Assembly: GCF_006345805.1 (NCBI RefSeq)
Contig: NC_043023.1
Coordinates: 4,526,001 to 4,590,000 of the forward strand
Reading direction: 5' to 3'
DNA: 64,000 bases
Origin: Octopus sinensis
Lineage: Eukaryota
Translations under genes and position numbers: made by a program
Shown here: one piece after another, positions 10,894 to 24,500 of the stretch
How the letters are laid out: the number at the start of each line of letters is the position of its first letter
Numbering within the stretch: position 1 is the first letter of the stretch
The notes under the pieces: generated by a model
What the model saw: only the letters and a program-made list of their open reading frames with translations
What the model was told of the DNA's origin: nothing
The model's database searches: none

Positions 10894-13800
10894 ATCATCA
10901 TCATCATCGTTTAACGTCCGCTTTCCATGCTAGCATGGGTTGGACGGTTCAACTGGGGTCTGGCAAGCCCGAAGGCTGCACCAGGCCAGTCAGATCTGGC
11001 AGTGTTTCTACAGCTGGATGCCCTTCCTAACGCCAACCACTCCGAGAGTGTAGTGGGTGATTTTATGTGCCACCGACACAGGTGCCAGACGAGGCTGGCA
11101 GACGGCCATGCTCGGATGGTGTTTTTTATGTGCCACCGACACAGGTGCCAGACGAGGCTGGCTGACGGCCACGCTCGGATGGTGTTTTCTTATGTGTCAC
11201 CGACACAGGTGCCAGACGGGGCTGGCGGACGGCCACGCTCAGATGGTGTTTGTTATGTGCCCTCAGCACGGAGGCCAGTCGTTGCGGTACTGGCTACGAT
11301 CACGTTCAGATGGTTTTCTTATGTGCCACCGGCACTGGTACCACAAGGATACAAATTCCATTGATGTTCATCTATTTTGATTTGGTTCGATTTGATTTGA
11401 TTTGATTCGATTCGATTCTCACTTGCCTCAACAGGTCTTCACAAGTGTCACAAGAAGGAAGGTATGCACAGGTGGACTGACTACGTCCCAGGTAGGAGCC
11501 ACGGATTATGGCTTCACTAGTCTTGCCGGGTCTTCTCACGCACAGCATACTTCCATAGGTCTCGGTCTCTAGTCATTTCCATGGTGAGACCTAACGTCCG
11601 AAGGTCGTGCTTCACCACTTCGTCCCAGGTTTTCCTGGGTCTACCTCTTCCACGGGTTCCCTCAACTGCTAGGGATTGGCACTTTCTCACACACCTATCT
11701 TCATCCATTCTCGCCACATGACCATACCAGCGCAATCGTCTCTCTTGCACACAACAACTGATGCTTCTTAGGTACAACATTTCTCTCAAGGTACTAACGC
11801 TCTGTCGAGTAAGTACACTGACATTACACATCCATCGGAGCATACTGGCTTCGTTCCTCACAAGCTTACGCATGTCCTCAGCAGTCACGGCCCATGTTTC
11901 ACTGCCATGTAGCATAGCTGTTCGTACACATGCATCATACAGTCTGCCTTTTACTCTGAGCGAGAGGCCTTTAGTCACCAGCAGAGGTAAGAGCTCCCTA
12001 AACTTTGCCCAGGCTATTCTTATTCTAGCAGTTACACTTTCAGCGCATCCGCCCCCACTACTGACTTGGTCACCTAGATAGCGGAAGCTATCAACTACTT
12101 CTAGTTTTTCCCCCGGAAAGTGACGGAAGTTGTTTTCTGCAGATTTTCGGAGGTCAATGCTCCAGAGCATCTGCCACATACAAAAACTATCTTCCCAGTT
12201 AGCCTACCTTTGACATTGCTGCACCTCTTATGTGTCCATAGCTTACACTGGGTACATGTTATAGAGTTTCTACCTACACCTTTTCTACAGATCGAGCAGG
12301 GCCATCTTCCTGAGGATATTTGTGGATTTTCTAACTTTCTACTTATTAGTACTTTGGTTTTAGCTAGGTTGACTCTAAGGTCCCTCGATTCTAAACCCTC
12401 CTTCCACACCTGGAACTTCTCCTCCAGTTCTGATAGTGACTCAGCGATTAGAGCGAGGTCGTCAGCATAGAGGAGCTCCCAGGGGCAACCTGTCTTGAAT
12501 TCCTCCACAATTGCCTGGAGGACTATGATAAATAGGAGGGGGCTGAGTACTGAACCCTGGTGGACCCCAACCTCTACCTTGAATTCTTCTGTGTACATGC
12601 TGCCAACTCTAACCTTACTTACGGCATCTCTGTACATGGCTTGCACAGCCCTCACCAGCCATTCATCTATCCCTAGTTTCCTCATTGACCACCAGATGAG
12701 GGATCGGGGGACCCTATCAAAGGCTTTCTCCATGTCAACGAAAGCCAGGTACAGGGGCTTATCTTTGGCTAGGTATTTCTCCTGCAGCTGCCTTGCCAGG
12801 AATATAGCATCAGTGGTGCTTTTCCCTGGGACAAACCCAAACTGCATCTCATCTAAACTAACTCTCTCTCTAATTAGTTGGGCTATGACCCTCTCCGTAA
12901 CCTTCATTACCTGATCCAACAGCTTGATACCTCTGTAATTATTTGTATCCAGGGCATCACCTTTACCTTTGTAGCAGTTGACTAGTATGCTGCTACACCA
13001 GTCATTGGGTATGACTCCTTCGTGTATCACCTGGTTGACTATACGGGTGACTAGGTTATAGCCGACACTGCCAGATATTTTGAGCATCTCTGCAGTAATT
13101 CCTGATGGGCCTGGGGCTTTCCCTGTCTTCATGCTTCTAATTGCCTTAGCTACCACGGAACTATCAACTCGGATAGCTGGTCCCTCTGTTGGGTCAACAT
13201 TCGGCAGACTCTCTTTATCCCATTCATTTTCTTTATTCAGCAACCTTTCATAGTGGCATCTCCAAACCTCTCTCTTTGCATCCTCATTTAGCGCAAGTGA
13301 ACCATCATCCATGCGAACACACTTCTCTCCTACCACATCACGATTCTCTCTCACACACTGTCTTGCAACACGAAATACCTCAAGTCTTTCATCCTCACGG
13401 CTCAGAACATTGGCAAATTTTTTCTTATCCGCTTCCCCTCTGGCTAAATAAACCTGTCTCCTAGCTTCCCTTTTGGCTGTCTGATACAATTCCCTGCTAC
13501 CACCGTTCTTCCAGTCCTTCCAAGCCTGTCTCTTTTGTCTAATAGCCCTGTCAACCACAGTGTTCCACCACCATGTTACTCTGGGTCGAGATGGTACTTT
13601 GCTCCATCCACAGATCTGGTCAGTGGCTGTCAGCAGATTGTCCCGTAGGAATCTCCAGTTGTCTTCCACATTAAGTGAAGCTATATCCCCTTCTATTTCG
13701 TCAGAGGCTTCGAGTAGTATGTCTCTAAATCTCTGTCCATTTGCAGGATCTTTAAGCTTCCAGACCCTTCTCCTCCAAGCTGGTCTTCTTCTGGGCAACC

Positions 13801-14703
13801 ATTTAGCTCTGATCCTGAAGTCGCTAACTACTAATCTATGTTGGGGAGTACATTCTTCGCCTGGGAAGGTTTTGGCATTTATAATCAGCCCTCTTTCCCT
13901 TTTTCTGGCAAGGATGTAGTCAATCTGGCTGGTGTGTCTGCCAGAACGGTAGGTGACTAGGTGAGAGGTGGGTTTCCTGAAGTGGGTATTGCAGACCATA
14001 AGGTCATTTGCATCGCAGAACTCCAGCAGCCTGGTTCCTTCCTCATTTCGAGAGCCAAAACCGTAGCCTCCATGGACGCCATGGAAGCCCCCGACATGTC
14101 GTCCAACATGTCCATTGAAATCACCTGCCACGAAGAGAAGGTCACTGTCATTTGTCAATGAGGTAGTCCGCAATAGGGTGTCATAGAATTGGTCTTTTTG
14201 TCCTTCCTGTAGCCCTGGTTGAGGGGCATATGCCGAGATGATGGTAGCTGTCCTATGGTGAAGAACTAATCTAATTTTAATTACTCTGTCGCTTACTCTA
14301 CTTCGATTACCTTACCTACCCATTTCTCCGCAAGAAGTATACCCACGCCCCCGACTCCGTCAGTGTTCCCTGCCCAGAAAATCTTGTACCTGTGTTCCTT
14401 GCCTGTGAGGAGCCTAGCGGAACCTCCTCTCCACCTTACTTCCTGGATACAGCATACATCCACACGTCTCCGTTCAAGCAGCTCTACAATCTCGCCAGAC
14501 CTACCTTTCAATGTGCCAACATTGAGCGTGCCAACTCTGAGGGTTTGGGAGGTGTGGGCATCAGAGACCCTGGGACGAGGGACAGCCGTGTCATGTACCT
14601 GAAAAGAAAGCTTGCATTTGGCAGATTTCATATGGAAACTCTCGACTACAACCTGCATACTTTTCACAATTTTTTGCGCTATATGTTCAGATAAACCCTT
14701 CAT
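10894..14703 (-). mobile_element. RTE-clade LINE, near full length (APE + RT, about 1060 aa, two frameshifts)
   Basis: APE motifs (GTLNVGTL, IQEVRW, AGDFNGHVG, SQIDYIL) and RT motifs (KAFDRVP, HQGSVLSP, YADD). Frameshifts at about 14297 (likely 4-nt deletion) and 12112 (1 nt in a C/G run). 3'UTR has ~60-bp tandem repeats (about 11080-11340) and a (GAT)n tail. Confidence 0.95.
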
Positions 14704-14784
14704 AGGTGCTAGTGGGAGGGGGCAATTTCCGGTATTTGGGTAGAAACTTCCGGTATTGGTGGTGGGGGTGGGAGGGTTGGCGAC

Positions 14785-15495
14785 AAAATCGAAGCAACTA
14801 GTTTGAATACTATATTTGAGGGGGAGAAATAATTAATTTGATAAAAACTGAATGAAAGCCAGAGAGAGAATGAGTGAAAATAGATAAATAATAAAAAAAA
14901 TACGGTAGAGAAAGAAAATAGATAAATAATGAAAAAAATACGGTAGGAAACGAGGGGGCATATTTTCGAAGGAGAATGGGATAAACATCGAAGATGGCTC
15001 TGAAGGAAAATAAACTTTAAAAATGCAATGCATGTAGTCGCCATGTTTAGAGAAGAGAAACGAAGGGAGAACAGATCAAGCTATCCAAACAAAACGCTTA
15101 AAAATATGAAAAGAGCAGGATGAGATTTGACTTAACTGGCCATTTTTGGAAGTCTGTGTTTTCTCTGAAGGTGTAGCGAGTGAATGGGGATGGGATACGA
15201 TCGCTGGCTGGCTTTTATAGGGGAATTAGGGAGGGGGACGGAAACACGAGAGAGAGAGAGAAAATCGAAGCAACTAGTTTGAATACTATATTTGAGGGGG
15301 AGAAATAATTAATTAGATAAAAACTGAATGAAAGCCAGAGAGAGAATGAGTGAAAATAGATAAATAATAAAAAAAATACGGTAGAGAAAGAAAATAGATA
15401 AATAATGAAAAAAATACGGTAGGAAACGAGGGGGCATATTTTCGAAGGAGAATGGGATAAACATCGAAGATGGCTCTGAAGGAAAATAAACTTTA
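14785..15495 (-). promoter_or_regulatory. Putative RTE 5' promoter region: two 235-bp direct repeats around a 241-bp segment with TATA, Inr-like and YY1-like motifs
   Basis: Repeats 14785-15019 and 15261-15495 differ at 1 position. Minus-strand TATAAAA at 15219-15213, CATTCACT about 30 nt downstream, AAAATGGCC (about 15146-15138) and AACATGGCG (15047-15039). Confidence 0.5.
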
Positions 15496-15659
15496 TATAT
15501 ATATACCAGCTGTTGGACCCAGCATTGCTCATGTTTTCTGTGTTGATGTTAAGCCCACCTCTGACCTTGTATTGAAATCTTCTACATTCCCCACGCCAAC
15601 TATTACCCATTAATATGTAATATTTGATTCATCAGGCTGTTGCAGGATGTGTGGCAGGC

Positions 15660-16160
15660 GGAGGAGGAATTAAATTAAAACCTTTAGCCTCTCCCCTACC
15701 ACAAAATTTACCTATATCTCAAATTTCATTAAAATCAGATGAAAAATATAAAAATTACGGCCAAAAATAAAATCCCTATGGGTATTTGCATGCAAAATGC
15801 TTATTGATTTTTTAAAACCAGTTTAGGCACAATTATCGATTTTTTAGCAATGCCATATACTGACATCAACTCACTGCCATGAGCCTCACTCACTCATCAA
15901 TTTTCATCAAAATTGGACAAAAAATGCAAAAGCTGCAGGAAAAATAACATCATTATGGGAATTTCCATTCAAATGCCTGATTGAGCTCACAAAAATGAAT
16001 GCCAACTGAGCATTATCGAGTTTTCGAAAAATTCCATCCTTGTATGAACTTCAGGACATGTGCTCTACCTATGTGCCAAAAATCATTAAAATCAGTTGAA
16101 TTGTGTGGGAGGAGTTAAAGTAACCTCAAATACATGCACACAGACAAACACCATTACACA
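15660..16160 (+). mobile_element. Non-autonomous element with ~180-bp degenerate subrepeats (Helentron/DINE-like)
   Basis: aaatttcat(t/c)aaaat units at about 15719, 15897 and 16077; ends ggaggagtt...acagacaaac...(TA)n. Confidence 0.4.
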
Positions 16161-16162
16161 TT

Positions 16163-16207
<45 letters not shown>

Positions 16208-16683
16208 TGTGTGTGTGTCATTGTGTTTGTATTTAGCTCCACTATTGCTTGAAAGCCAGTGTTGGTGTGTTTACATCCCCACAGTTTAACAGCTTAACAG
16301 TTCAGCAAAACAGGTTGATAAAATAAGTACAAGGCTTAAAAAGTAAAGTACTGGGGTTCAACTAAAATTATTTAAGGTGGTGCCCCAGTATGGCCACAGT
16401 CTAATGACTGAAACAAGTAAAAGATAGACGGTTGTTTAATGATTCTGTACTTTAGGAAAAAATCCCCTTTTCCCAAATGAAAAAAAGGAAAATTGAAGAG
16501 TTGGGAGATATGTGTTGCTCTCAACAGTCCAGTCTTGCTTGAATCAAGCAAGTTGTGGTTGGTTGAGTCAAATAGTATGAGTAACAGCAGAAAGTGTGAT
16601 GTGGTAATGGCGGCAGGGGAAGGTGACATAGCCAGGGAACGTAAGGTGGGTGTTGTAAGGTCAGAGACCAATAGCTGAACTCT

Positions 16684-17232
16684 AACCCTCAAGCATTCAG
16701 ATTATTCTGTCAAATGTGATGATTATTTATTCACATTGTTTTTAATTAATCACACATTATCTCATACCTTTTTGAAGGTGCATGGCTCAGTGGTTAGAGC
16801 TTTGAGCTTACGATCATGAGGTTGTTGAGTTTGATTCCCGGACCAGGCTGTGTGTTGTGTTCTTGAGCAAGACACTTTATTTCACATTGCTCCATTTAAC
16901 TCAGCTGTAGAAATGAGTTGCGACATCACTGGATAACATCAGTGGTATGGAGAGGAGAGGCTGGTACGCATAGGTGACTGCTGGCCTCCCACAAACAATC
17001 TTGCCCAGACCTGTGCCTCGGAGAGTAACTTTCTAGGTGCAATCCCATGGTCATTCATGACTGAATTGGGGTCTCCCCCTCCCATATATGTCATAGCTTT
17101 GACATTTTGATAATATGATTGTATGTTTTTAGAATGATATTGTCAAGTCGATGTGAGAGGCCAGATCTGACTGGTCTGAGAATGAAACAGGTCGAATATT
17201 TGGGTTAGATGTGGCTGGTTTAAATGCTAAGA
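16684..17232 (-). mobile_element. piggyBac-like MITE (degenerate) interrupted by a CORE-like SINE (about 16775-17090)
   Basis: Both halves match the MITE at 26481-27039; the SINE has tcttgagcaagacacttta...ctcagctgtagaaatgag. Confidence 0.6.
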
Positions 17233-18639
17233 TTAGTCAATAGGCAAGACATGACTGTGTGCTTTGCAGCCACATAGTTTTGGGTTCAGTCCCACTGCAT
17301 GGCACTTTGAGTAAGTGTCTTCTACTATAGCTGTGGATTGACCAATGATTCATGAGTAAAATCTGGTTGATGGAATCTGTGTGGAAGCCTGCTGTGTATA
17401 TGAAGGGGGGCTGAAAAGTTTCTGGCTTTTAGGGTGTCGCGAAAGGCCTGCCTGGAGGCCCAATCTTCTGAGTTCTTTCACAGGCCTTAGGAAAACTGAG
17501 AGATTGCAGCAAGTGTGTGACTCTGAGAGGGGAATATGTTGAATAAAATCATAACTGATCGTCCTGTGTTTTCTTTTACCCAAAGCTAGGAACTTTTCAG
17601 TGCCCCCGCGTATGTGTTTGCATGTGTGTGTTCATTGCTTATGCTCACTGCATAACAACTGGTGTTGGTTTGTTTACATCTTTGTAATAAGCAATTTGGA
17701 CAAAGAGACAAATAAAATAATTACCAATATAAGTACAAGGGTAAATTTCTTCAACTAAGCCCTTCAATGTGGTGCCTCAACATGGTCGCAGTCCAATGGC
17801 TGAAACAAGTAAAAGAAAGATTAAAGGAAAGGCAAGGTATTTTGAGAATTTTGATGCTCATATAACAGAATGGGAGGTCCCCACACTGGAGGGGTGCAGC
17901 TTGCATCCTTTACATTAAATATTAATCGAAGGAAAGAGTTAACAATTCCGATTAACTTCAACAGTATAAATATTTATTTCTTGATTCGCAATATATACAT
18001 TTCTTCCTCTGGGCGAATCGGCAGCCTAAGAGGTTATCACAGTAGTCAAGCGGAGTGAGCCAATCCTGTCCATTCAAGCATAGCGAAGACACGCCATGAG
18101 GTAGCAGCTTGAGAGAGCTGATAAAACATGTCTGTCTTGTTCAGCTGCTGGCGTTCAAGACAGCAAAAAGAGGGGATTTCACTGCTGCTAGTTTTCTGCT
18201 CATGCGCATGAGGGAACTTCCAGCAGGCCTCACTACACTCATATAAAGGAAGTTGTGTGAAACTGAAGCTATTAGGTTTAGTGATCTAGTGAATGTGTTT
18301 GAGAACAAAAGTTACAAAAGTGAAAAAACATGATTAGGTGAAAGTTAGGTAAAGTGAGGCATTTAGAAAAGCCTCTCAGTCCAGGAGCTGCTTTCCAGTG
18401 CACCCAACGTACAAAAGTATTGGATTTTTTGAACAAATAGTTTTGCAATTTCTATCTTCTCAAGTATAGAGAAATGGATGATTAGGTTTGTTAATAGAAG
18501 AATAAGATCAATTGCCATTAGTAAGGAAGATTTATCTGTTGTACAGCTATGAGATTAATGGAGAATCTTGCCTCTCACAATATATATAGATTTCTCAAAA
18601 TGGAAAAGATGTTGGCCTGGAGGATAGCAAGTAGTAAGC

Positions 18640-19475
18640 CAATGTATAATTGCCCCCTTTCACACATAATTTGCCATTATTTTCCATACACATCACATGC
18701 CCATTCCAGTGCAATCTTCTCTGATACCTGATTCCTCTTAAACCCAGTTTTTTTTTTAGCTCAGTAGTTCTTTGACTTTCATTCACACTGACATTACATC
18801 TATTGGAACATGCCAGTTCTGTCACACAGACATCACACAATCAGTCCTTCTCTCTGAGAGAAAAAAAAAAAACCATTGCCAGCAGTGACAGTAGTTCCCT
18901 GAACTTTTTCTAACCTGTTTTTACTCTGGCTACTATACTTTCAGAGTAACTGTCGAGGACATCACCTCAGTAACAAAAGCTATCAACTACTTTTAGTGAG
19001 CCATTCAGACATTCAAGGGATTCTATTTCTGGTGTGTTGATAGAAAATACTACTCCAGTGAATACATCACATATGAAGCTTATGTTCTCTGGTAGCCTGC
19101 CTGGGATTCTGCAATATCTCTTGTGTGTTCTTAACTAACATTGAGTGCAGCATGAGAAGTTTATACCTATCCCTTTTCTACATACTGAACAAAGCTATTT
19201 CCCTGAGGGTACCAGCATCCTGTTTTCTTTCCTACTTACAAACACTTTCATATTTGCTAGGTTTACCTTAAATCTTCTTGATTCTGGGTTTAGCTTCCAT
19301 GTCTGGAATTCCCCTCTAATTCCCCTATAGATTCAGCAATGAGAAGTAGATCTTCAGCAGACAGTCTTAAACTCATCTGTAATGGCTTATAGGACTAAGA
19401 GGGATTGGAGAGGACTGAGGACTGGACCCTGGTGGACACATGCCTTCACAGTAAATTCATCACTGAAATCGTTGT
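18640..19475 (-). pseudogene. Old degenerate RTE RT fragment
   Basis: Residual similarity to the RTE at 11517-12600 (cagggtccagtcctcag, ctgctgaagatcta, LHWNGHVM). Confidence 0.6.
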
Positions 19476-20179
19476 TTATGTTCACTTCTTTTATCCATTA
19501 CTTGTTTCAGTCATTTAACTGTGGCTATTCTGGGACACTGCTCTGAAGGGGGTAAGTCAAACAAATCAACACAAGACTCATTTTTTAAAGCCTAGTACTT
19601 ATTTTATCGATTTCTTTTGCCGAACCACTATGTTTTAGGGATGTAAACACACTAATGCTGCTTGTCAAGTGGTGGTGAGGGACAAACACAGACATGATTT
19701 TTTCAGCAACATATATTGGCGAAAAACAATGGAGTTTTAGAGTAGCTGTCCACCGAAGTTCCATATAATATGGGAATAAAAAAGGGAAAGGAGGAAAATA
19801 CAAGGTTATTAAAACAAAGACACATTCACAAGTAGACAAACAAATGGTTTGATTAGGGTATAATCAATTTGGCAAAGAAACTAAAGAGAAAATATTACGA
19901 AGATAACCACCACAGATCTACAATGGAAGAATTCACCACGTGTAGTTGAGGGTAAAAGAAAACGTTGAACGACAGTAAGTACGTCCAAAATTTATAAAGC
20001 AGTGACATACATACATAGATACTTGTAGCACACATATATATGCGCGCAGAGTGAAAATAAATCACACTATTTAATGTGACGGACTACACTGCAAAAATAA
20101 ATAAAAAATCACTGATTTCATTTCTGTTTACAAACTTTCTCCGTGTCTACACTAAACATACGCACAAATCCTTTTATGT

Positions 20180-20807
20180 ATACGCACGCAATATTTAAGA
20201 AAAAAATGAATATACACAAAAAAGAACGAAACATGTGTATATACACACACAATATTTAAGAACAAAAGGAATATACACAAAAAAAGAACGAATCAAAAAC
20301 ATATTTTACTTTTATCGTATTGTTGTTTACATTTTCTGTCTGTACGGATGACCAGAAGCAACAGAATGCCATGGTGGAATCCATAGCGGCGTGCGATAAG
20401 ACTGGTCGCTGCTCCAAAATAGAACACTGCCCAGAAAATCACACCTGCCACATCTATACGGAACCCGAAAATACGTTCCGTAATCGCTGGGTCGAATGTG
20501 GGACATGCCTCATCTCTGTCTGCCTCCAATGTGCCACGGACTTTCAGAAGATCCCAGGCCAAAAAAAGAGCCATCATAATGCTATGATGGATAGACTCTG
20601 GAAGATGGTTCAGCTTAAATCTTGGACTTTTCAGTGTCAGGCCTGCGTGCCTCCACAACCGACGATTGTGTCTCCCCCTGCCACTCCCGTGGAGGAGGCG
20701 GAACAGCAACAGCAGCAACAACAAAATCAACCACAACTAGAGCAGCAGCAGCAGCAGCAGCAACAACAACAACAGCAGCAACAACAAAATCAACCACAAC
20801 TAGAGCA

Positions 20808-20839
<32 letters not shown>

Positions 20840-23800
20840 AACAACAAAATCAACCACAACCAGAGCAGCAGCAACAACAACATCAACCACAACCAGAGCA
20901 GCAGCAGCAGCAACGACAGCAGCAACAACAACAACATCAACAACAAAATCAACCACAACCAGAGCAGCAGCAGCAACAACAACAACAACACCAATTGACC
21001 AGTGCAGTTCTTGCAGAACTGCAACAATCGATCTGTGCTTTAAGAGGGGAAGTTGCAGGAATAAAAGCAAGCATTCAGGTTGGACTCCACAATGAAGAGT
21101 CTTATCGGAATGCTCTGCTAAAGAACCTCCCTGTACCTGTACCTCTTGCCGCATCTAAGACCACGGATTCTGCTACCCGTGAAGTTATTGTCATTGGGGT
21201 GCCAGAAGACATGGCTGATCTTCAGGCATTTGCTGCCAACTCAGCCAAAGACCTAGGCTGCGTTCCCCCAACAGGTGCTCTCCGCCTTGGACGACCTGGC
21301 CCAAAACGCAGGCTCATCAAGCTGTCTTTTCCAGACCACGCTGAGGCAACCGCATACCATCTGGCCTCAGTTAAAGCTGGGCGTGAAAATCGGACGACCC
21401 TCCGAACATGCCCAGGCTTACCATCCGATGTACGTCCGAAGCTATGTGTAGCGGCTTCCCTGAACCGGAACTCAGCTCTACAGGAAAGCTTCAGTCTTCG
21501 TGAAGATGGACAAATCTGGAGATTTGTTAAGACGGGTGAAACGTGGAAGAGAGATAACAGCTGGTCTGAGTGCTCTCTACCCACAATGACTGACACTAAA
21601 AAAACTACCGCAACTCAGGGAAACTAAACCTGAACAACCTGCCATCCTCTACACACCATCATAAACTGCAAGCAGGGTACAAATTGTTGTCCTTAAATGC
21701 TCGCAGTTTGTGCAACAAAATTCATTTGTTCAACGCCTACGTTGGAAGTATTGACCCTGACTTCATCACTGTCACGGAAACATGGGCGCATTCCTAACTC
21801 TGTGATGGGGTTTTCAACATCACTGGGTACAACCTCTTCCGCAAGGACCGCATTAACCACCGTGGTGGTGGTGTGATGGTCTACGTTCGTTCAAATTTTT
21901 CAGTAATTCCTTGTGCCGATTTGAACGAATCACAAGAAGAAGTTTTTTTCTGTGATGTACGTATGACCATGTCAACACTCCTGCTTGGTGTTGTTTATCG
22001 TCCCCCAAATTACCATCGGGACACACAGCTTTGTGATATCCTCTGAGCTGCTGCCAGGAAAACAGCCACTTATGTTTTCATTGCAGGTGATTTCAATCAT
22101 CCTGAGATCAATTGGGAAACCTTCCATTGGCCACAGAGTGCAAACGATTTTGTTGAGCTTGTACTGGACTCAAACTGGTCACAAGTAGTCACCTCTCCAA
22201 CAAGAGGCGACAACACCTTGGACCTGCTCTTCACCACAACTCCTGAAGCGGTTATCAATTGCACTACGGAGGAACCTCTAGGTGACTCTGATCATGCTAT
22301 GATCATCGCCAATCTGGCTCTTGCGGGCAACAAAAACCTGAACCATCTCCAAACTGCTTCCTTCGATTGGAAGAGAGCAGATTGGAACCTGTACCACACT
22401 GAACTACAGCACCCAAACTGGCGTGAATTCTACAACTCTGGAGATGTGAATACTATACTCCAGAGTATCCTGGACTCAATATGGGCAGCATGTGCAGCAT
22501 CAGTGCCATGTAAACAGAAAAAGAAGAACCGCCCCAAAAGTGCAATTTGGGAAACTTCAGCGGTCCGACTTGCCAGGAAGGAACGTCAAACTGCTGAACG
22601 GGATTACAAGTTGCATAAATCAGACACCAACAGGAAGAAGCGGAATAAATCTTCCAACCATCTCAAGCAAGTGACAAAAAAAGCAGTGCTTGAATTTGAA
22701 CAGTGCATAGCAGCCAATCCTGACAGCAAGGTTTTCTGGAAATATGTGCATTCGAAGCAGAGACCTCACTCTCCAGTGGGCCCTCTTCGCAACCCTCACA
22801 CAAACCAGATCACTGACGACCCCAAGGAATGCGCAGAACTCATTGCCGAGTGCTATGCAAACATATTCACTGTTGAAAGTCAAAATGTACCATCTTCACC
22901 ATCTCTAACAGCAAATTCCATAACAACTATGGAATTTACACCTGCAATGCTGCGACGTCACCTTCAAAATAAGCGCAACTATGCCTCCCCTGGTCTTGAT
23001 GGAGTTACATACCTGCTTCTCAAACGTGGCAGGTACTTCCTTTTACACCAGCTCTCTACTTTCTTCCAGTACTGTCTCAACAATGGTGCTACTCCGGAAC
23101 AGTGGAAAACTGCCAGTGTCATTCCTCTGTTCAAGAAGGGCGACCGCACATCACCTGTCAACTATCGCCCAGTCAGTCTCACTAGCTGTATTGCAAAACT
23201 GATGGAATCGTGTGTCAGAGAAACACTTTGGAACTTCTGGAGCTCACACAGTCTCATCCGACCCTCACAATATGGATTTGTCCCTAACTCCAGCTGCAGT
23301 GATCAGCTTGTTGAGTTCCTTGAGGACATTACTCAGATCACTGACAGTGGCTCATGGGTGGATGTTGTCTACCTCGACTTTGCTAAGGCTTTCAACTCTG
23401 TGCCACACAAAAGGCTTATGGTGAAACTCTCTGCAATGGGTGTGAGGGATGACCTTTTTAACTGGTTGAAGTCCTTCATTCTCAACCGAAAGGAGGTAGT
23501 CACAGTTCTAGGACAGCATTCTACACCATATAAGATGTCATCGGGTGTACCACAGGGATCTGTCCTTGGTCCCCTCTTGTTTGTGGCATACATTAATGAC
23601 ATAGATGCAAATTTAAAGAATGCCACAGTATTAAAATATGCAGACGACATCAAGAGGACAGATCCTGTTGTCTACAGCTCTTTCCTGCAATCAGACCTGG
23701 ACACAATGCAGCAATGGATCACAGACTGGCAACTGAAACTGGCTGTGGACAAGTGTACCACCATGCATTTTGGGAGAAAAAACCCTGCGTCCACATACTC

Positions 23801-24500
23801 CCTCCACAACACTGATATCAAGAAATCCTCTTGCGAGCATGACCTAGGCATCACTGTCAGCAGTGATTTGCGTTGGACAAAGCATATCTCTAAAATTGTC
23901 AAGAAGGCCGAGGGTGTCTTGGCATCACTCAGCAAGACTTTTGTTAGCCGCTCTCCAGCCATCTATTTAAAACTGTATACAGCTATGGTACGACCACACT
24001 TGGAATTCGCATCATCAGTTTGGAACCCCTATCTTGCTCAGAACATTGACCTCCTGGAATCTGTTCAGAGACGTGCAACCAAACGCATACCCTCCATCAG
24101 ACACCTACCATATTCTGAGCGCCTTGTTTCCCTGGGTATGGATTCACTGAAGCTCTGGCGTCTGGCGACGGACTTGGTAAACACCCACAAAGTTGTCAAC
24201 CACCTCACCAATAACAACACTGAACACCTTTTTGACCTCCATGTGTCTAACACACGTGGACATGCCTACAAAGTCAGAAAACAACACAGCTCCCATGACT
24301 TTCAGAAACATTTCTTCACACTCAGAGTTGCTGAAGCATGGAATAAACTGCCTGCATCAGTTGTTGACTGCCATGACACTGCATCCTTTAAGGCCCTCAT
24401 GCTTTCCGAAATCCGTCGAAACTACACCTGATTATATATACACTTTCGATGAGCTGTAGTGCACCTGAGCACTGTACACAATGTTTATTATTATTATTAT
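20180..24500 (+). mobile_element. CR1-clade LINE, near full length
   Basis: ORF2 APE (LNARSLCNK, VTETW, GDFN, LDLL) from about 21675 with two in-frame stops (about 21796 and 22045). RT is open 22218-24431 (YLDFAKAF, GVPQGSVLGP, YADD) with the CR1-type C-terminus TRGH...FFTLRVAEAWNKLP. (TTA)n tail. 5' boundary approximate. Confidence 0.93.
20371..21627 (+). CDS. CR1 LINE ORF1: PHD-like Cys finger, ~85-aa polyQ/QPQ tract, coiled coil, C-terminal domain
   Basis: Open 418 aa from the first in-frame ATG at 20371; WVECGTC...VCLQC...WTFQCQAC; directly upstream of the APE-RT ORF2. Confidence 0.85.

Noticed and set aside
18000-18260. Possible promoter (CCAAT, TGCGCA palindrome, TATAAA)
   Set aside because: Short motifs only; no linked exon or element boundary found.
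20226-20245. GAAAC-ATGT-GTA hammerhead half-motif
   Set aside because: No upstream CTGANGA core or stem II.
20615-21154. Poly-V/A/T/L ORFs
   Set aside because: Alternative frames of the CR1 ORF1 polyQ tract.
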